Positions 12,401-25,119 of a DNA stretch of 64,000 bases are shown piece by piece. The first letter of the stretch is position 1; every line of letters starts with the position of its first letter. The DNA comes from Malacoraja senta (Eukaryota): the NCBI GenBank assembly GCA_038087875.1, contig CM075995.1, positions 3,598,001-3,662,000 on the forward strand. The letters are read 5' to 3'. A program made the position numbers and the translations under genes. The notes beneath the pieces were generated by a model. It was not told where the DNA came from. It made no database searches and was given only the letters and a program-made list of their open reading frames with translations.

Positions 12401-14316
12401 GCACAAAGCAAAGCTATTCGCACAGAAAGCTATATTTTTTATTTTTTTATTTAATGGCACATCTGTTGTCTGCCTGATGGTGCAATGGCACCTCTGCATA
12501 AGTAACAGTGAACAGCAGTAGCTTCAAGATAGACACAAAAAGCTGGAGTAACTCAGCGGGACAGGCAAACTCCAGCCCACTACTTTAATCGGATGGTTCT
12601 TTTGAAAACAGCCTTCCAACTTTTAGTTGTGTGAACTTTAATTTAGTTTAGTTTCTTATCATGTGTACATGATATCATGTGTACAGTGAAAAGCTTTTGT
12701 TCCGTGCTAACCAGTCAGCGGAAAGACAATACGTGATTACAATTGAGCCGTCCACAGTGTACTGACACATGATAAAGTGTATAACGTGAATAACATTATA
12801 GTTAAAGTCCAATCAAAAGATAGTCCGATGGTCTCCAATAAGGTAGATAGTAGCTCAGACTGTTACTATCTATCTGCACTACTATCGACCTCATTGGAGT
12901 CCCTTGGACTATCCTTGATCAGACTTTACTTATCTTATAGAGAGTGATTTATGACTTACTTGTCATTATAGAGAGATAGTTTCTCCTCACAAGGCAAAAC
13001 AAACACATGGTATGGAATATTACTGGAGCCTATTCCAATCAGCACTCACAGAAAGAAAGGTTTGTTGCAAATATGAGCAGAAACTGATTTCTCTATGTTT
13101 CAGGCAAATGAAAGCTAACGTCTAATATAGCCAGGTTCATCGGTTTTGGGACTGACCCACACTCAACGGAGCTTACGCATGTATATAGTGGGCATGTGCA
13201 AACAATGCTGTTGTTTATAATGACAAACAAAAGATGTTTAGTTTAGTTTAGTTTAGAGATACTGTGCGGAAACAGGCGGAAACAGGCCCTTCGGCCCACC
13301 GAGACAGTGCCGATCAGCGATCTCCACACATTAACACTATCCCAATTTACACTTACACCAAGCCAATTAACTTACAAACCTGTACGTCTTTGGAGTGTGG
13401 GAGGAAACTGAAGATCTCGGAGAATACCCAGGCAGCAACTCTTCTGCTGCGCCACCGTGCCGTCCATCTTCGGTATAAACCAACGTCTGCAGTTCCTTCC
13501 CGAAACAAGGAAAGAACCTTGTCCAATTTAAATTTGGCATTTTGTTTTCCTTGTTCAAGAATGTGTATAACACTTTTGCCTGACCCGAGTTGCCTCTAAA
13601 CTGTGGAGGTGGCTGGGAGCCAGACCATAATCTTTGTTTCTAATCTCGTCTTTGGATGTGGGTGGAAACCAGAGCATCCGGGGGAGACCCCCGTGGTCAG
13701 AGAGAGAATGCATGAACTGATGTTGAAGAACCAAGCAATGGGTGAATAAAGGTACTATTCAATTTACTGATGGTGTCAAAAGATGGGACATGATGGATTT
13801 TGGGAAGGCAACATTTACAATGATGAAGAAGGGCAGGGCTTTACTGGAGATAATAAGTTGCAACCTGCAGAAACTTCAGATGTATAGGAGTATTTTGAGT
13901 ATAGAAGTTGGGAAGTCATCTTGCCATTGTATAAGATGTTGGTGAGGCCACATTTAGATTATTGTGTTCAGTTCAGGGCGCCATGTTATAGGCAACATAT
14001 TGTCAATCTGGAAAGGTTGCAGAGAAGATTTACGAGGATGTTCCCAGGACTCGAGGTCCTGAACTAGGTTGATAGGTTGATATCCTCAACTAGGGATAAG
14101 TTGAGCAGGCTAGAACTCAGGAGGATGAGGGGTGATCTTACAGAGGTGTATACAATCATGAGAGGAATAGATTGGGAAGATGCACAGAGTCTCTTGCCCA
14201 GAGTAAGGATATCAAGAACAAGAGGACATAGGTTTAAGGTGAGGGGAGAAAAATGTAATAGGAACCAGAGGGGTAACATGTTCACACAATGGGTAGTGGG
14301 AGTATGGAATGAGCTG
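9403..14316 (+). repeat. Copy 2 of ~4.9 kb duplication
   Basis: Begins CTGAGGCAATAAATTCC (=4253); differs mainly by homopolymer indels and a 40-bp deletion. Confidence 0.9.
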
Positions 14317-14506
14317 CCAGACGAGGTAGTTGAGGCAGGTACTATTGCAACGTTTAAGAAACACTTAGACAGGTGCAGTACATAGATAGGACAGGTTTAG
14401 ATAGATTTGGGCCAAACGCAGGCAGGTGGGACCAGGGTAGATGGGACATGTAGGCCGGTGTGGGCAAGTTGGGCCGAAGGACCTGTTTCCACACTGTGAG
14501 ACTCTA
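13748..14506 (+). mobile_element. CR1 LINE 3' fragment
   Basis: ORF 14077-14385 (LELRRMRGDL, RTRGH, FTQ.VV.VWNELP); CR1 3'UTR. Confidence 0.85.
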
Positions 14507-14507
14507 T

Positions 14508-14734
14508 AGGGGCCCTGTCCCACTTGGCAATTTTTTCGGCGACTGCTGGCGTCATATCAGTGTCGCCAAAAGATTTTGAACATTTCAAAATCCAGCGGTG
14601 ACAAAAAAAATGTTGCATCACTTGAAATCACGCCGCATCACCGCCGCATCACGCCGCGAATTTTTCGGTGACCTGATACGTCAGTCAATGATGCCGGCAG
14701 TTGCCGAAAAAAATCGGCAAGTGGGACAGGCCCT
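14508..14734. mobile_element. Harbinger-like MITE (CTGTCCCACTT TIR family)
   Basis: GGCCCTGTCCCACTTG...CAAGTGGGACAGGCCC with long inverted arms; related to 655-2887. Confidence 0.75.
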
Positions 14735-15004
14735 TACGACTATGTTTGGTAGCACAACATTTAATCCTTCAGTCCTGGACTACTGAACTGGAGTGATAAT
14801 TTTATATCCCACTATAACAGCTGGGATATGTATAGATTCACGGAGACTCAATTGCTTTTTGGCAGCGTTATCTCCGACCATGGCAGCTGGGGTATTTAAA
14901 AGAAGTCATTAAATAAATGTGGAACAAAAGGCTAGAATGGGTCATGGTAGTCATGAAATCGCCAAATGGTTCACTACTGCTTTTCAGGACTGGAAATCTG
15001 CCTG

Positions 15005-15298
15005 GTTTAATTTAGTTTAAAGATTCAGAGCGGCAACAGGGCCTATGGCCCATCGAGTATGCGCCGATCAGCGATCCTTGCACACTAACACTATCCTACA
15101 CATACCAGGAACAATTTACAATTATACCATGCCAATTAGCCTACAAACCTGTACGTCTTTGGAGTGTGGGAGGAAAACGGAGCACCTGGAGAAAACTCAC
15201 GCAGGTCACGGAGAGAACGTACAAACTCCGTAAGACAGCACCCGTAGTCAGGGTCTCTGGTGCTGTAAGGCAGCAACTCTACCGCTGCGCCACCATGC
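15005..15298 (-). mobile_element. V-SINE (HE1-like)
   Basis: Head, V-domain and tail in reverse orientation. Confidence 0.8.
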
Positions 15299-15689
15299 CG
15301 CTCTGGCCTGGCCAATACAGGAGTCTGGGCTCACTATATGGTCTGGTTCCCAGTCGCCTTGTACAGGTTAGTACGGGTGTCAGAGGTTATGGGGAGAAGG
15401 CAGGTGAATGCGGTTAAGAGGGAGAGATAGATCCACCATGATTGAATGGTGGTAGACTTGATGGGCCGACAGGCCTAATTCTGCTCCTATCTTATGACCT
15501 CCACACTTTAGAGACAACTCAGGTCAGGCAACAAGTACCAGCATTGCCAGAGAGTTATATACACCCTTGAACAAGGAAATTAAAATGCCAAATTTAAATC
15601 GGACAAGGTTCTTTTCTTGTTTAGGAAGGAAATGGTTTATACCGAAGAAAGACACAAAATGCCAGAGTAACTCAGCAGGTCAGACGGCA

Positions 15690-15915
15690 TCTCCGCACAT
15701 TAACACTTTCCTACACACACTAGGAACAATGTACAATTTTACCAAGCCAATTAGCCTACAAACCTGCACGTCTTTAGGGAGTGTGGGAGGAAACCGGAGT
15801 TCCCGGAGAAACCCACGGGAAGACGTACAAACTCTGTACAGACAGCACCCGTGGTGAGAATCTAACCCGGGTTTCTGACGCTTTAAGGCAGCAACTCTGC
15901 CGCTGCGCCACCGTG
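15690..15915 (-). mobile_element. V-SINE (HE1-like)
   Basis: Reverse head and V-domain. Confidence 0.75.
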
Positions 15916-16104
15916 CAGCCTCTATTATCATTTTGCAGATGAGGCATGAATATAAATGTGAAGTGTAAACAATGGAATGTTTCCATTGGTAAATTTACAC
16001 TTTGTGCGATATGTTGATAACTTGTCACTGATAGTAGGAGGAGATAAACTACACACAGCATCATTGGAGAGATGCTTCTTACAGAGAAAGTGATAACACC
16101 AGGG

Positions 16105-16397
16105 TAACGCCCCTGTCTCACAGCACCAGAGACCTGTATTCCATCCCGACTACGGGCGCTGTCTGTACGGACTTTGTACGCTCTCCCCGTGACCTGCGTG
16201 TGTTTTCTCCGAGATCTTCGGTTTCCTCCCACACTCCAAAGACGTACAGGTTTGTAGGGTTAATTGGCTGGGTATTAAAAAAAAAGTTAAATTGTCCCTA
16301 GTGTGCACAGGATGGCGTTAGTGTGCAGGGATCGCTGGTCGGGGCGGACTCGGTGGGCCGAAGGGCCTGTTTCCGTGCTCTATCTCTGAGCTAAACT
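16105..16397 (+). mobile_element. V-SINE (HE1-like)
   Basis: V-domain and CR1-like tail. Confidence 0.8.
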
Positions 16398-16787
16398 TGG
16401 TCTCAATCATCGCAGCTGCGTTTTTAAAAGGCATGAAATGTGATTGTAATTAGCTGCCAGCTCCACAACATAACATCACTATTATGATGCAACCACTTGA
16501 GAAGGGAAGCTTTGAAACCTAGGGTAAGTGTAAGTGGGTGGAACGTACTGAACCATGTTCCTTACTTGTTGTATTCTGTGATTTGTACAATATGCTGCAC
16601 GAGGATCCAATTAGGTCCAGGTGCATCTCATGGCAATTCACACTCGTAAAGATCATTTTGTTCGTTTACTGCTAATGTACCATCTGGCACCTTCGCAGTT
16701 CGAAGAGAAGCCAGCCATCCTTAAGTTACCCCCCCCCCCCCCCCCCACAACCCAGCCTACACCAATTCCTGGCATAGGGAATGGAAG

Positions 16788-17085
16788 AGGTGGCATGGTG
16801 GCGCTGCGGTAGAGTTTACAGCGCCAGAGACCCGGGTTCAATCCTGACTACGGGTGCTGTCTGTATGTAGTTGCATGTTCTCCCCGTGACCATGTGGGTT
16901 TTCCGCGGGTGCTCTGGTTTCCTCCCACCACTCCAAAGACGTACAGCTTTGTAGGTTATTTGGCTTCGGTAAAATTGTAAATTGACCGTAGTGTGGTGTA
17001 GGATCGTGTTAGTGTACAGGGTGTTCGCTGGTTGGCGTGGACTTGGTGGACCGAAGGGCATGTTTCCATGCTGTATTTCTAAAGT
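16788..17085 (+). mobile_element. V-SINE (HE1-like)
   Basis: Head, V-domain, tail. Confidence 0.8.
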
Positions 17086-17244
17086 TCAGGGTAAATGAAC
17101 AGAGTCTTTTAACCAGAGTAGTGGAAATCGAGAAACCTGGGGACATAGATTTAAGGTGAGGGGTAAAGATTTTATAGGGCCTGTTGCCGCGCTGACTAAA
17201 ACTAAAAGAGTACAAACAAGGGAAGAGTACAGACATAAAACATG

Positions 17245-18890
17245 GAACATAGAACAGTACAGTCCTTCGGCCCACAATGTCTATGCCGAACATGATGCAA
17301 AGACCAATCATTACCTGCCTGCACATAATCCATATCCATATCCATGCCACATATCCATGTACCTGGATGCTTTCAAGAGAGAGCTAGATAGGGCTCTTAA
17401 AAATAGCAGAGTCAGGGGATATGGGGAGAAGGCAGGAACGGGGTACTGATTGGGGATGATCAGCCATGCTCACATTTGAATGGCGGTGCTGGCTTGAAGG
17501 GCCGAATGGCTTACTCCTGCACCTATTGTCTATTGTCTACCTAGCCAAAAGTCTCTTAAATGCGTCTGTTGTATCTGCCTCCACAAGCAATGCATTCCAA
17601 GCACCCGCCACACTCTATGGAAAAGCTTGCCCTGCACATCTCCTTTATACTTTGCCCCTCTCACTTTAAAGCCGTGCTTCTAGTATTTGATATTTCCATC
17701 CTGGGAAAATGGTTCTGACTGTCTACCGTATCTATGTTTCTCATAATGTTATATACTTCTACAAGGTCTCCCCTCAACCTCCGGTTTTCCAGAGAAAACA
17801 ATCCAGGCTGTGCAATCTCTCCCTGCTGATAATACAGGCATAATTCTAGTAAACCTCCTCTAACCAGGCATCATTCTGGTAAACCTCCACGCACCCTTTT
17901 CCAAAGCCTCATCATTCTTCCTGTAATGGGGAGGGGGGGGGGGGACAGAACAGCACACAATATTCCAAATGTGGCCTAATGAAAATCCTATAAAGCAGCA
18001 TCATGACTTCCCTGACTCATATACTCAATGCCCTGATCAATAAAGGTAAGCATCACATATGCCTGCTTTACCACTCCGCCTACTAATGTTGCAACTTTTC
18101 AGGGAATTGATGAAAGAATGGGTCGACTGGCCTCATCTTCACTGGAATTTAGAATGACTGGATGAGAGGGGATCTTATAGAAACATATAAAATTCTTAAG
18201 GGGTTGGACAGGCTAGATGCAAGAAAAATGTTCCCGATGTTGGGGGAGTCCAGAACCAGGGGTCGCGGTTTAAGAATAAGGGGCAGGCCATTTACGACTG
18301 AGATGAGCAAAACATTTTCACCCAGAGAGTTGTGAATCTGTGGAAGTTGTGAATCTGTGGAATTCTCTGCCACAGAAGGCAGTGGAGGCCAATTCACTGG
18401 ATGTTTTCAAGAGAGAGTTAGATAAAGCTCTTTGGACGAACAGAATCAAGAGATATGGGGAGAAAGCAGGAACGGGGTACTGATTTTAGAATGATCAGCC
18501 ATGATCATATTGAATGGCGGTGCTGGTTCGAAGGGCTGAATGGCCTACTCCTGCACCCATTTTTCTATGTTTGTATGTTATGGACTTGGCCCCAAGATCC
18601 CTCTGTACATTAATGCCATTAAGGGTTTTACCATTAATTGTATATTTCCCCATTACATTTGACCTCCCAAAGTGCAACACCTCACAATTTTTTGGATTAG
18701 TCTCCGTCTGCCATTTTTCTGCCCATCTCTACAGCTGATCTGTGTGCTACGGCAGCTTTCCTCGCAGCCCACAACTCTAGCAATCTTGGTGTCATCAGCA
18801 AACTGACTAACCAACCGATTTACGTTTACATCCAAGTCATTTATATATAGATATCACACACAATAGAGATCCCAGCACAGATCACTGCAG
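17245..18890 (-). mobile_element. Old CR1 fragment with younger plus-strand CR1 inserts (17363-17538, 18105-18580)
   Basis: Minus ORFs with FADDTKI and LHFGRSN; nested plus-strand CR1 3' ends. Confidence 0.7.
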
Positions 18891-18893
18891 AAC

Positions 18894-19096
18894 TCAAAGG
18901 AAGGCACAACGTGCTGGAGTAATGGGTGACATTTCAGGTCAAGACCCTTCTTCTCATCAGACTGAAGAAGTGTCTCGACCCAAAACGTCACCCATTCCTT
19001 CTCTGCAGAGATGCTGCCTGTCCCTCTAAGTTACTCCAGCATTTTTTTGTCAACCTTCGATTTAAACCAGCATCTGCAGTTCTTTCCTACACATTT
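18894..19096. mobile_element. Palindromic Penelope pLTR unit
   Basis: Head-to-head pLTR halves; 12-bp TSD TCACTGCAGAAC (18882-18893, 19097-19108). Confidence 0.75.
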
Positions 19097-19675
19097 TCAC
19101 TGCAGAACGCGACTGACAGACCTCCAGCTGAATATTGTCCTTCCACCATAACCCCCTGTCTTCTATCAGTAAATCAAATCTGATGACTTACTGAGCATCA
19201 GAGCATCTTGCACAATACAGCTCACCCCCTCCATGATACTCTAGTCTACCTGAGGAGCACCTTCAGCAACAGATTGGTTCCACCAAGATGCAGGACAGAG
19301 CGCCACAGGAGATCCTTTTTCCTTGTGGCTATCAACCTGTACAACTCCTCCCACCTCTGTCATGGGGTAGACTGAGACTGAGAATGACTCTTCCCCACTC
19401 GTCACTTTAATTCCATGTTTCATGTATCTAGTGTTTTATGACTGTTGGCAGATCAATTTCCCTCCTGGGATAAATATAGTTCTATCGTATCGTATCATAT
19501 CTGAATCTAGATGACCAAGTCACTGCTAAGGGGCTGTCCCACTTGGGAAAGTGAGGCAGTGCAGCGTAGGGTTCACGAGATTGATCCCTGGGATGGCGGG
19601 ACTGTCATACGAGGAAAGATCGAAAATATTAGGCTTGTATTCACTGGAGTTTCGAAGGATGAGGGGGGAAACTTA

Positions 19676-20965
19676 TCTATCTATCTATCTATATTTAAAA
19701 CTCTGTCTGTGTGTGTGTGTGTTTCTGCCTGTGTGTGTTTCTGCCTGTCTTGTGGGTGCCAGCTGTCCTTTGATTCGTTGCTACGCCAACACCACATGCA
19801 GAAACGCAGAGACTTTTTCCATTTCGGGAGAGATTTCACTTTTGATTCCAAGTATCCACTCCTGATTAAATTTCGTCGTGTTTATGTACACATTTTTAAT
19901 AAAATCCTTCTCCCCCCCCTCACCCCCAAAATGTCAAAATGTTTTTTAAAAAAACAGCTCTCACCCATAGAATGTTGGTGAAAGTTCCATCGTGTGATGT
20001 CACAATGCCCAATGCTCACAGATGTCCAATCGGAATGGATCCATTTACATATGCCTTTGCAGCAGCTCCAGCCCCAACCCCTCCCCCCACCCCCGCAGCC
20101 TGTGTCAAAGCGCATCATCACGTGTGTGGGAATAGAGAAAGAGGATTGGGGGTGATAGGGAATGGGGAACAGATGGACTGTCCCTACCACTCCCCCTTCC
20201 ATTCTCCCTCCCCACTATTTCCCCTCTCCCCCTCCCTCCACACTCTTCCCCCTCCCTCCCCTACCCCATCTCTCTCCTCCCCTCCCTTCCCCATCCCTCC
20301 CCCCCTCCCCCACACCTCTCTCCTCCTCCCCATCCCTCTCCCCCTCCCCATCCCTCTCTCCTCCCTCTCTCCATCTCCCTCTCTCCATCTCCCTCTCTCC
20401 ATCTCCCTCTCTCCATCTCCCTCTCTCCATCTCCCTCTCTCCATCTCCCTCTCTCCATCTCCCTCCCACCCCCATCCCTCTCTCCCCCACCCCCCTTCCC
20501 TCCCCACCCCCTTCCTTCTCTCCCCACCCCCTTCCCTCCCCCTTCCCTCTCTCCCCCACCCCCTTCCCCCTCCCCACTCCATCCACACTCTTCCCCCTCT
20601 ACCCCCTACCCCTCTCTGCTCTCTCTCTCTTTGATCTTTATCTTTTTCTCTGCCCTCTCTCTCTCTCTCTCTCTCTCTCACTCTGTCTGTGCACACTCTC
20701 TCTGCCCCCCCCCCTCTAGACGCACCTGAGAGGTGAGGGCTATTCATCAGTGGATAGGGTGGAGATGGGATAAAAGAAGCCAATTAATAAAATTAAGATA
20801 ATATCAAGGGGTGTGATGAGTGTGTGTGTTTGTGGGTGCCAGATTCCCACCCCGCAACCGTGCTTTGGAGGAACAGACCCAAGTGGTTAGTGTGACACCG
20901 CTGCCCCCCCCCCCCAGCAAACGCGCATTGGGGAAACAGACCCAACGGGTCTGCACTTGGTCTAG
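19676..20965 (+). mobile_element. Non-autonomous Helitron
   Basis: 5' TC, 3' CTAG, subterminal hairpin CAGACCC-AAC-GGGTCTG (20937-20953); inserted between A and T of CR1 without TSD. Confidence 0.85.
20185..20720. repeat. Polypyrimidine/polypurine tract with 14-bp minisatellite (CCATCTCCCTCTCT)n and (CT)n
   Basis: Direct reading; minisatellite ~20371-20465. Confidence 0.9.
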
Positions 20966-21947
20966 TAGAAACATATAAAATTATTAAAAGACTGGACAAG
21001 CTAGATGCAGGAAAAAATGTCCCAATGTTGGGTGAGTCCAGAACAAGGGTCCACAGTCTTAGAATAAAGGGGAGGCCATTTAAGACTGAGGTGAGAAAAA
21101 CGTTTTAACCCAGAGAGTTGTGAATTTGTGGAATTCCCTGCCACAGGGCGCAGTGGAGGCCAAATCACTGGATGGATTTAACTGAGAGTTAGCTAGAGCT
21201 CTAGGGTCTATTAGAATCAAGGGATATGGAGAGAAGGCAGGCACGGGTTAGTGATTGGGGACAATCAGCCATGATCACAATGAATGGCGGTGCTGGTTCG
21301 AAGGGCCGAATGGCCTCCTCCTGCACATATTCTCTATGTTTCTATGTCTCTATGTAATTGGCGAGTTTAGAAGAGTTTAGGAGAGTTTGAAAAAATGTCA
21401 TGTAGAAGACCTCCTTCGACTATGTTGAAAACTAGCTTCGACTAGCTACGACTAACTTCGGGGAAATTGGACACCGAATAGTGGAGAGTGAAGACGACCT
21501 CCTTCGACCTCCCTTCGACTATGATGAAGACTATCTATGACTACATTCGACTACCCTCGATTACCTACGACTAACATGCCGACCTACTACAACAAAACCT
21601 ACGAGTAAAAAAAGTGTCGATTTTTTTCATGGCGACCTATTTTTACTCGCGGGCATTTTTCAACATGTTAAAAAATACGCCGCGACCTAGCTGAGGCATC
21701 GAGTACACGGGGACTACTCTCGAGCATGAAGGAGAGTTACAAAGACCTCCTACGACCTTGTGTCGACCATGCTGCGAGTATGAGTCGAGGGCAAACTCGC
21801 CAGAACTCGCGGATTAGGTCACCCAAGTGGGACAGCCCCTTTAATCCCATACATCTTAATCTTCTGGATCATCCTACTATGTGGGACTATAATCACATGC
21901 CTTACCAGAAATCCATTAGACAACATCCACCATTCTACCATCATGGA

Positions 21948-22103
21948 GAGAAGGAATGGGTGACGTTTCGGGTCGAGACTCTTCTTCGGACCCGAAACGT
22001 CACCCAATCCTTCTCTCCAGAGATGCTGGCTGTCCCACTGAGTTACTCCAGATTTTTGTGTCTATCTTCAGTTTAAACCAGAATCTGCCGTTCCTTCCCA
22101 CAC
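21948..22103. mobile_element. Palindromic Penelope pLTR unit
   Basis: GGGTGACGTTTCGGGTC..GACCCGAAACGTCACCC fold-back; 14-bp TSD TCTACCATCATGGA (21934-21947, 22104-22117). Confidence 0.75.
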
Positions 22104-22879
22104 TCTACCATCATGGATCACCTTCCTCACATTCTCAAGTTAGTAAGACATGACCTGTCGTGTGAAAAGGCATGCTGATTGTCCCTAATTAATCCATTCC
22201 AAATGGTAGAAAAGCCCATCTCAAAGAATCCTCTTCCCTACCACAGTTGTGAGGCTCACCAGCACATAATTCCCTGGATTCTTTCTATTTCCCTTCCTTT
22301 CTTAAATAAAGAAACAATTCAGACCTCTTCCATCCTTATCTCCTTATCTGACATCTTTTTGTCATCTCTGGCGTTTGTCCAACCATGTACCGATCAAAAC
22401 ACCCCAATTTCCTGCATCCATATTACCTGATCCAGTCTGAAGAAGGGTCTTGACCTGAGCAGTTACCTATTCCTTTTCTCCAGAGATGCTGCGTGACCTG
22501 CTGAGTTGCTGCAGCATTTTGTGTCTATCTTTCCTCCATCAGTCGACAGGCTTTGTCCTGCCCCTCCTCTCTTCCAGCTTCCTCACTTTCCACCTCAATC
22601 AGTCTGAAGAATATTCCTGACCTGAATCATCACCTATCCATGTTCTCCAGGAATGCTGCCTGACCCGCTGAGTTACTTCAGCACTTTAAAAAACATTGTA
22701 AACCAGCATCTGAAGTTCCTTGCGTCAACATCATTCGCTATTCTCCAGTCCCTTAGGGCCTGGTGTCTGGCTCGTGCAGAAACAAAGATTTTTGTTGAGA
22801 ACATGGACGTGCAGCAATTGTAAGTTGAGGTACTAATGTGAGGGAAGCGATTGTAATTGACCAACAGCTGGAGTCAGAT

Positions 22880-23080
22880 GTGTAAGAAGGAACTGCAGAT
22901 GCTGGTTTAAACCAAAGATAGACACAAAAAGCTGGAGTAATTCAGTGGGACAGGCAGCATCTCTGGAGAGAAGGAATGGGTGACGTTTCGGGTCGGGTCT
23001 GAAGAAGGATCTCGACCCGAAAAGTCAGCCATTCCTTCTCTCCAGAGATGCTGCCTGTCCCGCTGAGTTACTCCAGCTTT
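22880..23080. mobile_element. Palindromic Penelope pLTR unit
   Basis: Inverted pLTR halves around 22995. Confidence 0.7.
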
Positions 23081-23124
23081 CTGCAGATGCTGGTTTAGTA
23101 ACAATGCTGAAAATCACGCTTGAG

Positions 23125-23441
23125 CTTCAGACTTTAGACTTTAGAGATACATCGTGGAAACAGGCTCTTCAACCCACAAAGTCCACGCTAGCCAGCAATC
23201 ATCATGTAGACTAACATTATCCTACACAATAGGGACAAATAATAATTTTTACTAAAACCCATTAACCTACAAACCTGTACATCTTTGGAGTATTGGAGGA
23301 AACCGGAGCACCCCGGAGACAACCCACAAGGTCACGGGGTGAACGTACAAACTCCGTACAGACAGCACCCGTAGTCAGGATCAAACCTGAGTCTCTGGCG
23401 TTGTAAGGCAGCAACTCTACCACTGCGCCACTGTGCCGCCC
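23125..23441 (-). mobile_element. V-SINE (HE1-like), full length
   Basis: Reverse head GGGCGGCACAGTGGCGCAG, V-domain, tail. Confidence 0.8.
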
Positions 23442-24314
23442 CGATGTAAGGAAGATGCAAGGAATAATGAGTGGATGAGGTTTAAGACTGAGTTTCCCCA
23501 ATTTGAAATGGAAAGTATGGGGCTCATGTCCCACTCCAGAGACAACAGCAAAATCTAGGCTGGCACTTCAGTGCAACGCCGAGGGAACGATGTGCTTTCA
23601 GAGGTTCTGTGTTCACATACTACTTCATACTGGGGACTATGGAGTGAAGGAATAGGTGACGTTTTGGGTCGAGACCCTTCTTCAGACTGATGTGGGAGTT
23701 TGCATGGGACCATTTCAAAAGCGAACAAACAGGTTCTCCATTGTATCTGGGCCATTTGTGTGTTAAAGTGTCATTTAGCCATTATCCCATTGATGAAATC
23801 TGACTGTAAATAAATGACCACTATGTTTTCTCGTTTATTATATTGTTTACTGCCTACTGTGTTTACATATTCTGTTGTTCTGCTGCAAGTAAGAATTTCA
23901 TTGTTCCATCTGGGACCTATGACAATAAAACACTCTTGACACTATTGATTATTATAGTGACTCATAAGTTCATATGTGTATAGGTTCTCGGAGCGGAATA
24001 AGGCCATTTGGCCCATCGAGTCGACGCTGATCTGTTTTTCCCTCTCAACCTAATTCTCCTGCCTTCTCCCCATAACTCCCGACACCCAAACTAATCAAAT
24101 ATTTGTCAATCTCCACTTCAATAATTATTTTGTTGGTTGCAAAAAGGTTTGAAATATCCTGGGACCATGCAAAATATTACATAAATACAAATCCTTCAGG
24201 TTTATATTATTTCCCATTAGCTGGACTAGTTGTAGCCAATTATACAGAATGCAGTCAATTTGCAACATTATTCAGGGGAACATTTGCTGATGTACTTCTG
24301 TACCTGAATAGAAA

Positions 24315-24742
24315 GCATTTTATTGGAATGCATCTCAGCATGGTTTAGGAACAGTTCCATCCAAAACCTCAAGAAATAGCAACGAATTGTGGATGCAGCC
24401 CAGACTATCACACAAACCAACCTCCCTTCCATTGACTCCATTTATACCTCACGCTGCCTCGGCAAGGCCAGCAGCATAATCAAGGATGAGTCACACCCTG
24501 GCCACTCCCTCTTCTCCCCTCTCCCATCAGGCAAAAGGTATAGAAGTGTGAAAACGCACACCACCAGTTTCTTCCCAGCAGTTATCAGGCAACTGAATCA
24601 TCCTACACCAACCAGACGACAGTGCTGATCTACTATCTACCTCATTGAAATCATGCATATATTTTCTTTCCGCTGACTGGTTAGCACGCGACAAAAGCTT
24701 TTCACTGTACCTCGGTACACGTGACAATAAAGTAAACTGAAA
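24315..24742 (+). mobile_element. Rex1/Babar-type LINE 3' fragment
   Basis: ORF 24389-24628 (IIKD.SHPGHSLFSPLPSGKRYRS); 3' stem-loop TTTCACTGTACCTCGGTACACGTGACAATAAA. Confidence 0.8.
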
Positions 24743-25119
24743 TCATCGAAACTGAACTTCTGTGATGAATGTCAAAATTATATTATGTTTAGTTTCGCTA
24801 ACAGCTGGCCAAGAGATCAGATACTTACTACTTGTCATGAAGTGTTATTTTACATGGTTTATGATTGAACCAGAAAAATTGGTAATCTTGTAGTGTTGTT
24901 TTCTCTGGCAAGCTCTTTGCTTCGACTGTTATCTAGCTCAGATTTGTAATGTAGACATTAGTTCTGGTGGGACAAAACAAAAAGCTAAAGCTGTTGTTTC
25001 AAGGAGCAACAGTAACTGATTTCTGGTAATAAGTAATGAATCCGTTTTATTTATATTTGCTGATCCAAAGCTTAAATACAAATGTTCAGCTTGGCAATTT
25101 TTTTAAATTTGCTGAATTG

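Larger units (their letters stand above)
19548..21355 (+). mobile_element. CR1 LINE 3' fragment split by a Helitron
   Basis: VQRR/FTRLIPGM..EFRRMRG at 19550-19675 resumes as TAGAAACATATAAAATT at 20966; (TCTATGT)n tail. Confidence 0.85.
19529..21840. mobile_element. Harbinger-like MITE split by CR1 + Helitron
   Basis: TIR AGGGGCTGTCCCACTTGGG / CCCAAGTGGGACAGCCCCT; body at 21356-21840 has CGACTA-rich repeats. Confidence 0.75.

Noticed and set aside
16450..16720. GTAAG donors on both strands in unique DNA
   Set aside because: No convincing acceptor or open recognisable frame
19882..20783. Long Pro/Ser- or Gly/Arg/Glu-rich ORFs
   Set aside because: By-products of a low-complexity tract inside a Helitron
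21410..21605. CGACTA-type short repeats as a CRISPR-like array
   Set aside because: Irregular short tandem motifs inside a MITE; no constant repeat/spacer structure; eukaryotic context
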